Of a DNA stretch of 64,000 bases, positions 17,052 to 27,208 are shown in pieces (positions within the stretch are counted from its first letter, which is position 1; each line of letters opens with the position of its first letter). The notes beneath the pieces are model-generated. The model searched no databases, had not been told where the DNA came from, and worked only from the letters and a program-made list of their open reading frames with translations. The position numbers and the translations under genes were made by a program. This DNA is from Planctomycetota bacterium (GTDB lineage Bacteria; Planctomycetota; UBA1135; GCA-002686595): positions 11,983 through 75,982 of the forward strand of contig JADYYP010000002.1 of NCBI GenBank assembly GCA_020853575.1, written 5' to 3'.

Positions 17052-17861
17052 TCACTGCGCGCTCGGCTGCGCGGCGCCGCCGAGGCGCGCGAGTCGCACA
17101 GCGAGCGGCCAGCGCAACGTGCGACGATTGTCGGCCGGCCCCCACGCTTCGCGGAGTCGCGTCGCGAAGCGCTCGAGGTCCGCGCGACCGCCTTGGCGCT
17201 CCAGCGCGCGCACCGCGGACCAAGTTCCGATGTAGTCGAGCACCTGATCGACCGTCCAACTCGCGTGCATCTGGCTCGCGGCGCGCAGCCGCGCGGAGGG
17301 CGCGAGCTCGTCGAACGGAAAGGGCAGCTCGCGGTAATTGCTCTCGACGTGAACACGCTCTTCGGGCCAGTGGCGCGCGAGCGTGCCGCCGTAGAAGTCC
17401 TCGACCAGTGACGCGAGCTGCGCATCGACGCGCATCGTCGAGTAGCACACGAGCGCGAGCAGCGCGCCCGGACGCGCGACGCGTCGGACCTCGGCGTAGA
17501 AGCGCGCCAGCTCGAACCAATGCACGGACTGCGCGGCCACGATCAGGTCGACGCTCTCGCGTTCGAGCGTCGTGTGCTCCGCGGGCTCGCGACGGTACTC
17601 GACGTTCGCCTGCGCGAACGCGTGCGCGAGCTGCTCGGAGCTGGCGTCGGTGGCGACGACGCGGGTGAACCGCGCGGCGAGCAAGCGCGACATCTGCCCC
17701 GACCCGCAGCCGACGTCCCAGGCGAGCTCGTGGCGAGGCGCGAGCTCGGCCAGAGCGTCCGCGAACTCCGCCGGATATGCCGGGCGCGCGCTGGCGTACA
17801 GTGCGGCGCGCTCCGAGAAGTGATCGGAGAACTCGAGCCGTCGATGCGCAGGCTGCTCCAT
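17052..17861 (-). CDS. class I SAM-dependent methyltransferase
   Basis: 269 aa with motif I AWDVGCGSGQMSRLLA and motif post-II VDLIVAAQSVHWF (Methyltransf_11-like). Confidence 0.8.
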   Translation of the reverse strand: MEQPAHRRLEFSDHFSERAALYASARPAYPAEFADALAELAPRHELAWDVGCGSGQMSRLLAARFTRVVATDASSEQLAHAFAQANVEYRREPAEHTTLERESVDLIVAAQSVHWFELARFYAEVRRVARPGALLALVCYSTMRVDAQLASLVEDFYGGTLARHWPEERVHVESNYRELPFPFDELAPSARLRAASQMHASWTVDQVLDYIGTWSAVRALERQGGRADLERFATRLREAWGPADNRRTLRWPLAVRLARLGGAAQPSAQ

Positions 17862-17913
17862 GGGGCTGCTCGGCAGCGTCCAGGTCCCGGCGCCTGGGCC
17901 GCGCGAGCCGCGC

Positions 17914-18489
17914 TCAGCGCCGCTGCCGCTCGCCGCCAGCCTTGGGGTCGAGCTTGGCGCCGCTCGTGCTCGGCATGCGGCGGAAGTACATGCGCGTCGA
18001 ACCGCCGGACTTGGTCAGGATCAAGTCGTTCGCGGCCAGCGAGATCTCGTAGTCGCGCCGCGTACCCGTCGGCTCGTAGTCGATCTGCCCGTCGTCGTTC
18101 TGCATGTCCGAGCCGTGCATCAACGTCGTCAGCGCCAGCGTCAAGCGACTCGTGTCGTAGCTCCAGCGGTAGGTTCCCGCGGTCAGCCCGGCGATCGAGA
18201 CGCCCGTCGCGCCCTGAACCGGTTGCGAGAGTCGCGCCTGGAGCGAGCAGTAGCCGGGCGCGACGACCAGGAAGCCGGCGCATTGAGGGCCGCTGAATCG
18301 ACGGCCGCTGACCTCGCTTTGGGTGAGCTCCCAAGCTCCGCACAAGTCGCTCTGGATGCGCTCGGCCTCCGACGCGGCGTGCGCGTGTGGAGCGCGAGGG
18401 TCGAGCTTGGGCGCGTCGCCCGCGTCTTGGCGAGCGGACCAGGGCACCAGGAACAGGGCGAGCGCGAGGAACGAAAGTGAGGCTTGCAT
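17914..18489 (-). CDS. secreted hypothetical protein, lipocalin-like
   Basis: ORF 17914..18774 trimmed to MQASLSFLALALFLVPWSARQ (CAT 18487-18489). The LCGAWELTQ...GTYRWSYD pattern resembles small lipocalin-like domains; this is a weak call. Confidence 0.5.
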   Translation of the reverse strand: MQASLSFLALALFLVPWSARQDAGDAPKLDPRAPHAHAASEAERIQSDLCGAWELTQSEVSGRRFSGPQCAGFLVVAPGYCSLQARLSQPVQGATGVSIAGLTAGTYRWSYDTSRLTLALTTLMHGSDMQNDDGQIDYEPTGTRRDYEISLAANDLILTKSGGSTRMYFRRMPSTSGAKLDPKAGGERQRR

Positions 18490-18685
18490 CGGTGCTCCGA
18501 GGTGTCGGCGCGTGGGGGCGGGCGGCATGATACTGGGCCCCGCCCTCGACTCGGCGCTCCCGTCGCCGGACCCGCTCGAGGCGTAAGATGCCAGAAAACA
18601 GGCCCTCTCCGGGCTCGCCCGCGACACCCAAGGCCGTAGCCGGCACCCAAGTCGACGCGCTTCCAGCCCACGCAAACCCACCTCG

Positions 18686-21097
18686 ATGCACTTTCTGTCG
18701 ATCGCTCTTCTGTGGCTCGCGGCGCTCTTCGGCTCGCAGCAACCCAAGGCCAAGCTCGAGTTCTTCGCGCGCACCGAAGGCAGCGACGTGCGCGCGGTGG
18801 TGCGACTGAAGATCGCGCCGCGCTGGCACCTCTACGGCACCGAGCTCGGCAATCCGACAGCCGTGGGTCTGCCGACAGAGCTCTCGTTCCAAGGCGCCGG
18901 CGTCACCTGGGGCGCGCCGCGCTGGCCGAAGCCCGAGGTCGAGAAGCAGCCCTTCGGCCAAGACGGCGAACCGACCACGGCCAACATCTACCACGGCACC
19001 GTGTTGGTGTACGTCGCGGGCCGGCTCGCGGAGGGCGCGCAACTCGGCGAGCAAGCCGTGCAGGTCACGGGACAGACCTGCGAAGAGGGTGGCCAGTGCA
19101 TCCAATACGACGAGACGGCCAAGCTCGGCGGCGCCGGAGCCGACGCGCTGTTCGAGGCCTTCCCCGGCGACTTGAAGTTCGTCGCCGTCGCGCCGAGCGC
19201 CAGCGGTGACGACGACCAAGCCCCGACGACCGCCTCGGCGGGCGAGGACGATTTCGAGGAGTTCGAGGATCCCGAGGCTCACGCGCGCGTCGAGCTCTTC
19301 ACGCGCGCCGAGGGTGGTGATGCGCTGGCGGTTCTGCGCATCGAAATCGACGACACCTGGCACCTGTTCCACGAGACGCTGGGCACGCCGGACGCCGCGG
19401 CGCTGCCGACGGTGATCAAGTTCGGGGGCGCCGAGGTGCAGTGGGGCAAGATCGTGTGGCCCGAGCCGCACAAGGCCGAGCAGGAGTACGGGCTCGAGGG
19501 CAAACCGACGTGGGTCTGGCAACACGAGGGCACGCTCGAGCTGTACGCGCGCGGCAAGCTCGCGCCCGGAGCCGACGTCGGCGCGTTGCACGTGACGGTC
19601 ACGGGCCAGACCTGTGACGCGAGCTTCTGCACGCCGTTCCGCGCGGCGGTCGAGAGCTCGGGCCGCGGTCCCGACGCCTTGTTCGCGAAGTTCCCGAGCG
19701 CGAGCGCGTTCGCCGCGGCGCGAGCGACCGACAACGCGAGTTCGTCCGGTGGAACCGCCCGAATGCCCGTGAAGGACACGGGCCTGCTCGAGTTCCTCGG
19801 GCTCGCCGTCGCTTGGGGGTTCGTGGCGCTCTTGATGCCGTGCACGTATCCGATGATTCCGATCACGGTTTCGTTCTTCACGAAACAGTCGTCGCACAGC
19901 CGCGGTCGCCAGATCTCGCTCGCCTTGCTCTACGGCTTGGGCATCGTGGTGATCTTCATCCTGATCGGACTGGTCGTCGGCAAGCCGATCATGAAGTTCG
20001 CGACGAGCCCGGTGACCAACCTCGTCATCGGCGGCTTCTTCCTGATCTTCGCCTTGTCGCTGATGGGGCTGTTCACCCTGCAACCGCCCGCGTTCCTGAT
20101 GAGCGCGGCTGGCAAGGCGCGCATGACCGGCGGGTATCTGGGCGTGTTCCTGATGGGCGCGACGTTGGTGGTGACGTCCTTCACGTGCACCGCGCCCTTC
20201 GTCGGCAGTCTGCTGTCCGTCGGCGCCAGCGGTGGAAACTGGATGCGCATCGTGCTCGGCATGGGCACTTTCGGACTGACGATGGCGATCCCGTTCGTCG
20301 CGCTCTCGTTGGTGCCCGGCAAGCTGTCGTCGATGCCGCGCGCCGGCGAGTGGATGAACACCCTGAAGGTGACGCTCGGACTGGTGGAGCTCGCGGCAGC
20401 GCTGAAGTTCTTTTCGAACGCCGACGTCGCCTACGAGTGGCACTCGTTTCCGCGCGAAATGTTCTTCGCGTTCTGCGCCGCGATCTTCGTCGTCGCCGCG
20501 GCGTATCTGTTCGGCCTGATCCGCCTGCACGGAGAGTCCGGCGAGATCGGCTCGGGACGACTCGTCACCGGCTTGGGCTTCGCGTTGTTGAGCTCCTACT
20601 GCGTGCTGGGGACGGCGGGCTACTCACTGGACTTCGTCACCGCCGGACTTGCGCCGCCGTATGGAATCGAACGCCCCGGCGGCTCGTCCGGCGCGCTGGA
20701 AGCGGACAAGAAGCACGAGATCGTCGTGGATGACTACGCGGCGGCGCTCGCGCGCGCGAAGCAGTTGAACCGGCGGCTGATGGTCAACTTCACCGGGCAC
20801 CAGTGCACCAACTGCCGCTCGATGGAAGGCACGGTCCTGGGCAAGGATCCGGCGCAGTCGGTGTTGCGGGAGCACTATGTCGAGGCGCGACTGCACAACG
20901 ACGGCAAGAAGGACCCCGAGCTCACCGAGCGCATCCTCGAGCTGCAGGAGAAGCTGACGCACAACAGCGCGACACCGCACTACCTGGTGATCGACCCGCA
21001 AACGGAGCGGATCATCGCCGAATTCCCGGGCGCGGACCTGCCGCCCGTCGGCGATGGCTCGAACTTCCTCCAGTTCCTGCGCGGCGCACTGCCCTGA
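18686..21097 (+). CDS. dsbD: thiol:disulfide interchange protein DsbD family, with two N-terminal DsbD-alpha-like domains
   Basis: 803 aa. A signal peptide is followed by two related ~120-aa domains ending in TGQTCEEGGQC and TGQTCDASFC. Next comes a DsbD-beta membrane core (LLMPCTYPMIPI, TSFTCTAPFVG), then a C-terminal thioredoxin-like domain, FTGHQCTNCRSME. Confidence 0.85.
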   Translation: MHFLSIALLWLAALFGSQQPKAKLEFFARTEGSDVRAVVRLKIAPRWHLYGTELGNPTAVGLPTELSFQGAGVTWGAPRWPKPEVEKQPFGQDGEPTTANIYHGTVLVYVAGRLAEGAQLGEQAVQVTGQTCEEGGQCIQYDETAKLGGAGADALFEAFPGDLKFVAVAPSASGDDDQAPTTASAGEDDFEEFEDPEAHARVELFTRAEGGDALAVLRIEIDDTWHLFHETLGTPDAAALPTVIKFGGAEVQWGKIVWPEPHKAEQEYGLEGKPTWVWQHEGTLELYARGKLAPGADVGALHVTVTGQTCDASFCTPFRAAVESSGRGPDALFAKFPSASAFAAARATDNASSSGGTARMPVKDTGLLEFLGLAVAWGFVALLMPCTYPMIPITVSFFTKQSSHSRGRQISLALLYGLGIVVIFILIGLVVGKPIMKFATSPVTNLVIGGFFLIFALSLMGLFTLQPPAFLMSAAGKARMTGGYLGVFLMGATLVVTSFTCTAPFVGSLLSVGASGGNWMRIVLGMGTFGLTMAIPFVALSLVPGKLSSMPRAGEWMNTLKVTLGLVELAAALKFFSNADVAYEWHSFPREMFFAFCAAIFVVAAAYLFGLIRLHGESGEIGSGRLVTGLGFALLSSYCVLGTAGYSLDFVTAGLAPPYGIERPGGSSGALEADKKHEIVVDDYAAALARAKQLNRRLMVNFTGHQCTNCRSMEGTVLGKDPAQSVLREHYVEARLHNDGKKDPELTERILELQEKLTHNSATPHYLVIDPQTERIIAEFPGADLPPVGDGSNFLQFLRGALP

Positions 21098-21260
21098 GCG
21101 GAGTCGGAGCCTTTTTCGCGTTCACAGCTCGCGCCCCGGTGCTGCGCCGCGGGGGAACCAGCCAGCGAGGCAAAAAAGGAACGCCGCGCGCTGCGCGACT
21201 CCAGTCCTCGCCCGCGAGCGTCGAAGGTTCTTCCGCGACGCCTCGCCGTCGCCAGGAACC

Positions 21261-22109
21261 ATGGTCAACGTACTCGCAGGCCTGTTGGACGAGATCAAGA
21301 GCGTCGAACCCTTGCCGCAGGTCGCATCGCGCGTGATGCAGATCTCGTCGCAGGCCGACGTCGTGCCCCGCGATCTAGTCGAGGTGATCCAGACCGACGC
21401 GGGCATCACCGCCAAGGTCTTGAAGCTGTGCAACAGCGCGCTGTACGGCTTCAAGCGCGAGATCGCCTCGCTGCCCGAGGCCGGCAACCTGTTGGGCGTC
21501 TCGACGCTGGTGAACCTGGTGCTGACGAGCTGCGCCGGCCGCTACTTCCGCGACTACGGCTACTGCGATCCCGAGGCGACGCTCAAGCTCTGGGAGCAGT
21601 CGATCTCGACTGCCTTCGCGGGCGGCGCCATCGCACAACGCACCGGCAAGGCCGACCGCAACCGCGCGTACACCATCGGACTGCTCGAGAATCTGGGCCA
21701 TCTGGTGCTGGCGCGCTTCGTGCCCGAGAACCGCGAGTCGATGTACGCCGAGCTCAGCCGCGGCACCGACTTGCTGAGCGCAGAGTCGACCATCTACGGC
21801 CTGAACCACGCGGAAATCGGCGCGCGTCTGGCCGAGCGCTGGAACTTCCCCGAGATCCTGATCGACGCCATCCACTTCCACCACACGCCGCTGCAGAGCA
21901 AGGTCGACGCCAACATGGCCAGCGTCGCGCACACGGCCGAGATGGTGACGCATCGCTTCGGATTCGGCGCCACGGCGGGCGAGCCCGAATACGTGCTCGA
22001 CACCGGCGCCCTCGATCGTCTGGGCCTGGGCGGCGGTGGCCTCGACCAGCTCGAAGAGCCGCTGCGCGCCGAGCTCTCCAAAGCCAAGCGCATCCTCGAA
22101 ATCGCCTGA
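21261..22109 (+). CDS. HDOD domain signalling protein
   Basis: ORF 21054..22109 trimmed to MVNVLAGLLDEIKSVEPLPQVASRVMQI (ATG 21261, with AGGAA upstream). HDOD hallmarks are present: ITAKVLKLCNSALYG, GLLENLGHLVL, HAEIGARLAERWNFPE. Confidence 0.8.
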   Translation: MVNVLAGLLDEIKSVEPLPQVASRVMQISSQADVVPRDLVEVIQTDAGITAKVLKLCNSALYGFKREIASLPEAGNLLGVSTLVNLVLTSCAGRYFRDYGYCDPEATLKLWEQSISTAFAGGAIAQRTGKADRNRAYTIGLLENLGHLVLARFVPENRESMYAELSRGTDLLSAESTIYGLNHAEIGARLAERWNFPEILIDAIHFHHTPLQSKVDANMASVAHTAEMVTHRFGFGATAGEPEYVLDTGALDRLGLGGGGLDQLEEPLRAELSKAKRILEIA

Positions 22110-22154
22110 GCGAGCATCGTCCGCGGCCAGGCTGACCTTGGCGCGCGGACGTGG

Positions 22155-23183
22155 TCACTCGTGCTGGCCCGTGCCGCGCTCGAGCTCGAGCAGGCGTTGC
22201 TTGCGCCACACTCCGCCCGCATAGCCGACGAGCTGGCCGTCGGAGCCGATCACGCGGTGGCAGGGGATCACGATCGCGATGCGATTGCGGCCGTTGGCCG
22301 CGGCCACGGCGCGCACGGCCTTGGCATCTCCGACGGCGCGCGCGAGCTCGAGATACGAGCGCGTTTCTCCGTGCTGGATGCGTTGCAGCTCGCTCCACAC
22401 GCGCTCTTGGAACGCGGTGCCCGGAGCGTGCACGGGAACGCTGAAGCTCCGGAGGCGGCCCTCGAAGTAGCGCGCCAGCTCGCTGCGCAGTCGCTCGAGG
22501 TGCGGGTGCTCCCCAGGAATCAGGAGCGCGCCGACGCGGCGACGCAAGGTTGCGATCTGCGAGGCCAGTGCGCGGCGGTCGACGAATTCGAGGAAGCACA
22601 GGCCCTCGCTGCGTGCGGCGGCGAGCAGCGGACCGAGGGGCGTCGGGATCCAATGCACACGGACCGGCTCGACCGCGGGCGCGACGCGCGTCGGTGCCGC
22701 GCCGAACAGGCGCTCGAACGCGGCGCGGAAGCCGCTCTCCGATTCGAAGCCGCTGGCGAGAGCGACGCTGCTGACGTCGGAGCCCGTTTGGATCGGTCGC
22801 AGCGCGCTGCCGATGCGCCGCGCGCGTTGGTAGGCGTGGAAGGTCATGCCGAAGTGCTCCTTGAACCAACGTGCTGCTCGCACGGGATGGATGCCGGCCG
22901 CGCGCAGATCACTCGAGCTCAGGCGCCCTGGCGCCCGCTCGACCAGCCCGAACAGCTCGCGCACCCAGGACGGAGTCGAGCCCGTGGGCTCGAGCGGCTT
23001 GCAGCGGCGGCACGGACGGAAGCCTTGGCGCACGGCCGCGAGCGCGTCGGCGAAGAACAACACGTTGTCGCGGCGCGGGCTCTTGGCGCCGCAGCCCGGG
23101 CGACAGAACACGCCGGTCGTGCGCACGCCGAAGTAGAACGCGCCGTCGAACGACGCGTCGCGCTCCGTCACCGCGCGGTACAT
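22155..23183 (-). CDS. ada: bifunctional Ada: N-Ada Zn domain + AraC HTH + O6-methylguanine-DNA methyltransferase
   Basis: ORF 22155..23378 trimmed to MYRAVTERDASFDGAFYFGVRTTGVFCRPGCGAK...PCRRCKP, which holds the Cys4 Zn site. An AraC-type HTH follows (FESESGFRAAFERLFG), then the MGMT active site IPCHRVIG. Confidence 0.85.
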   Translation of the reverse strand: MYRAVTERDASFDGAFYFGVRTTGVFCRPGCGAKSPRRDNVLFFADALAAVRQGFRPCRRCKPLEPTGSTPSWVRELFGLVERAPGRLSSSDLRAAGIHPVRAARWFKEHFGMTFHAYQRARRIGSALRPIQTGSDVSSVALASGFESESGFRAAFERLFGAAPTRVAPAVEPVRVHWIPTPLGPLLAAARSEGLCFLEFVDRRALASQIATLRRRVGALLIPGEHPHLERLRSELARYFEGRLRSFSVPVHAPGTAFQERVWSELQRIQHGETRSYLELARAVGDAKAVRAVAAANGRNRIAIVIPCHRVIGSDGQLVGYAGGVWRKQRLLELERGTGQHE

Positions 23184-23310
23184 GCGATTCCGACTCGGAA
23201 GCTGCACGCGAGCGATTGTTGGTGATGCAACAGGCCAGCGCCACCGCAGAATGCACGTCGAATTCGATTCGTCCGACCTCGGCGCCGCAGCGCGCCTCCA
23301 GGAGAACACC

Positions 23311-23790
23311 ATGGCCAAGAAGAGCGTTCCGAGCGCGAGCGCGCTCGACGTGCAGCGGACCGTGCAATTGCTCAACAAGATCCTCGAGATGGAGCTCGCG
23401 GGCGTCGTTCGCTACACGCACTACTCGCTGATGATCTTCGGGTTCCACCGCATCCCGATCGTGGCCTGGATGCGCCAGCAAGCGCAGGAGTCGCTGGCCC
23501 ACGCGCACCAAGCCGGCGAGTACGTCACGCATTTCGGCGCGCACCCGTCGCTCGGTATCGGCCCCTTGCTCGAGACCGAGCAGCACGAGATCGCCGAGAT
23601 CCTGCGCGAGTCCCTGGAGCACGAGCGCGCGACCTACGCGGTGTACGAGCAGTTGCTCGCGGTCGTCGAGGGCAAGTCGGTGATGCTCGAGGAATATTGC
23701 CGCACGATGCTGCAGACCGAAGAGCTGCACCAGGGCGAGGTCGACAAGATGCTGCGCAAGCCCGGTGACATCGCCAAGTACGCGCGCTGA
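23311..23790 (+). CDS. bacterioferritin-like (ferritin-like di-iron four-helix bundle) protein
   Basis: ORF 23182..23790 trimmed to ATG 23311, preceded by AGGAGAA. Pattern: LNKILEMELAGVVRYTHYS...ESLAHAHQAGEYV...ESLEHERATYAVYEQL...EELHQGEVDKML. Confidence 0.7.
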   Translation: MAKKSVPSASALDVQRTVQLLNKILEMELAGVVRYTHYSLMIFGFHRIPIVAWMRQQAQESLAHAHQAGEYVTHFGAHPSLGIGPLLETEQHEIAEILRESLEHERATYAVYEQLLAVVEGKSVMLEEYCRTMLQTEELHQGEVDKMLRKPGDIAKYAR

Positions 23791-23813
23791 AGGGCGCGAA
23801 ACCGGGGCTGCGC

Positions 23814-26069
<2,256 letters not shown>

Positions 26070-26082
26070 CGCGCGGCGTCGT

Positions 26083-26316
26083 TCAGCCGTCGACCGTCTC
26101 GACCTTCAGCTGGCGCGCTTCGCCGTGGCGCACCGAGAGCCGGCACCCGCGCACTTCGACCTCGAGCACTCCGCCGACATCGACGCGCCGCACGAGGCGC
26201 ACAAGCGTGCCGGGCAGGAGCCCGAGCTCCATCAGTCGGCAGCGGAAGGCACGCTCGCCGCCGATCGAGATCAGGCGGGCGTGGGCGCCGGGTGAGAGTA
26301 GGTCGAGGGAGGTCAC
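26083..26316 (-). CDS. feoA: FeoA family iron transport protein
   Basis: ORF 26083..26451. The FeoA SH3-like core reads RLMELGLLPGTLVRLVRRVDVGGVLEVEVRGCRLSVRHGEA. The start is set at the GTG (26316) before TSLDLLSPG. No clear SD is present, so the start is uncertain. Confidence 0.7.
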   Translation of the reverse strand: MTSLDLLSPGAHARLISIGGERAFRCRLMELGLLPGTLVRLVRRVDVGGVLEVEVRGCRLSVRHGEARQLKVETVDG

Positions 26317-26335
26317 GGGGAGGGTATCGGCAAAC

Positions 26336-26350
26336 TGAGACTGAATCTCA
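26336..26350. promoter_or_regulatory. inverted repeat TGAGA-N5-TCTCA in an AT-rich island between divergent feoA and rpiA; candidate metalloregulator (Fur-type) operator
   Basis: The stretch caaacTGAGActgaaTCTCAataccgcagttactgtatcc (26331-26370) is markedly AT-richer than anything around it. It lies 20-55 nt upstream of the feoA start. Its resemblance to the GATAATGATAATCATTATC Fur box is only partial. Confidence 0.3.
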
Positions 26351-26453
26351 ATACCGCAGTTACTGTATCCCCGGCCCCCGAGGCTGGGAAGTGGTCCTGG
26401 TGCGGAGCCGACCCTACGATCGCCGCCCCAGAAAGGGATTCTGCGTGGCAACG

Positions 26454-27134
26454 ATGCAGCCGAAGGAGGTCGCCGGACGCCGGGCGGCCGAGTGGGTCGA
26501 GGACGGCATGACCCTGGGCCTGGGGACCGGCTCGACCGTGTTCTTCACGCTGGTGGCGATCGCCGAGCGCATCCGAGACCATGGCCTGCGCGTGCGCGGG
26601 GTGCCGACCTCGCTCGACACCGAGCACAAGGCGCGCGGCATGGGGATTCCGCTCGCCACACTCGACCAGGTGACGCAGCTCGACCTGACGATCGACGGCG
26701 CGGACGAAATCGACGGCGCGTTCCAGATGATCAAGGGCGGCGGCGGGGCGCTGTTGCGCGAGAAGGTCGTGGCCGCGATCTCGCGCCGCGAGGTGATCGT
26801 CGTCGGCCCCGACAAGGTCGTGGCGCGGCTCGGGACGACCTTCGCGCTGCCGGTGGAGGTCGTGCCCTTCGCTCGGCCGGTGGTGGAGCGCGCGCTGTCG
26901 CGTTTGGGGTGCGAGCCCGCCGTGCGCCGGACGCGCGACGGAAGCGAGTACCGCACCGACAACGGCAATCAGATCCTCGACTGTCGCTTTCCCGCGGGTA
27001 TCGCCGATGCGCGCGCGCTCGAGCGTCAGATCGACGCCATCCCGGGCGTGGTCGAATCGGGCCTGTTCATCGACCTGGCCCACACGCTGGTGATCGGACA
27101 ACCCGACGGTCGCGCAGAGGTGCGCGAGCGCTGA
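26454..27134 (+). CDS. rpiA: ribose-5-phosphate isomerase A
   Basis: ORF 26022..27134 trimmed to MQPKEVAGRRAAEWVEDGMTLGLGTGST. RpiA motifs are present: GLGTGST, DGADE, KGGGGALLREK. Confidence 0.9.
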   Translation: MQPKEVAGRRAAEWVEDGMTLGLGTGSTVFFTLVAIAERIRDHGLRVRGVPTSLDTEHKARGMGIPLATLDQVTQLDLTIDGADEIDGAFQMIKGGGGALLREKVVAAISRREVIVVGPDKVVARLGTTFALPVEVVPFARPVVERALSRLGCEPAVRRTRDGSEYRTDNGNQILDCRFPAGIADARALERQIDAIPGVVESGLFIDLAHTLVIGQPDGRAEVRER

Positions 27135-27160
27135 GCGCGAACTGCGCGCACGAATGCAGA

Positions 27161-27186
27161 GAGCCGCGCACCGGGGCGCGGCTCTC
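27161..27186. terminator. hairpin between convergent rpiA and the peroxidase-fusion gene
   Basis: A 10-bp perfect stem, AGAGCCGCGC (27161-27170) pairing with GCGCGGCTCT (27177-27186), encloses a 6-nt loop. It is centred in the 74-nt convergent gap. Confidence 0.45.
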
Positions 27187-27208
27187 GTGAAGCTCGGTCG
27201 AACCCGGG

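Noticed and set aside
15473-17425. N-terminal 650 codons of ORF 12950..17425.
   Set aside because: This part overlaps the ABC ATPase and the tesA-like gene out of frame and its composition is Arg-rich. The permease begins at MRFGMVL (15472), which is translationally coupled to the ATPase stop.
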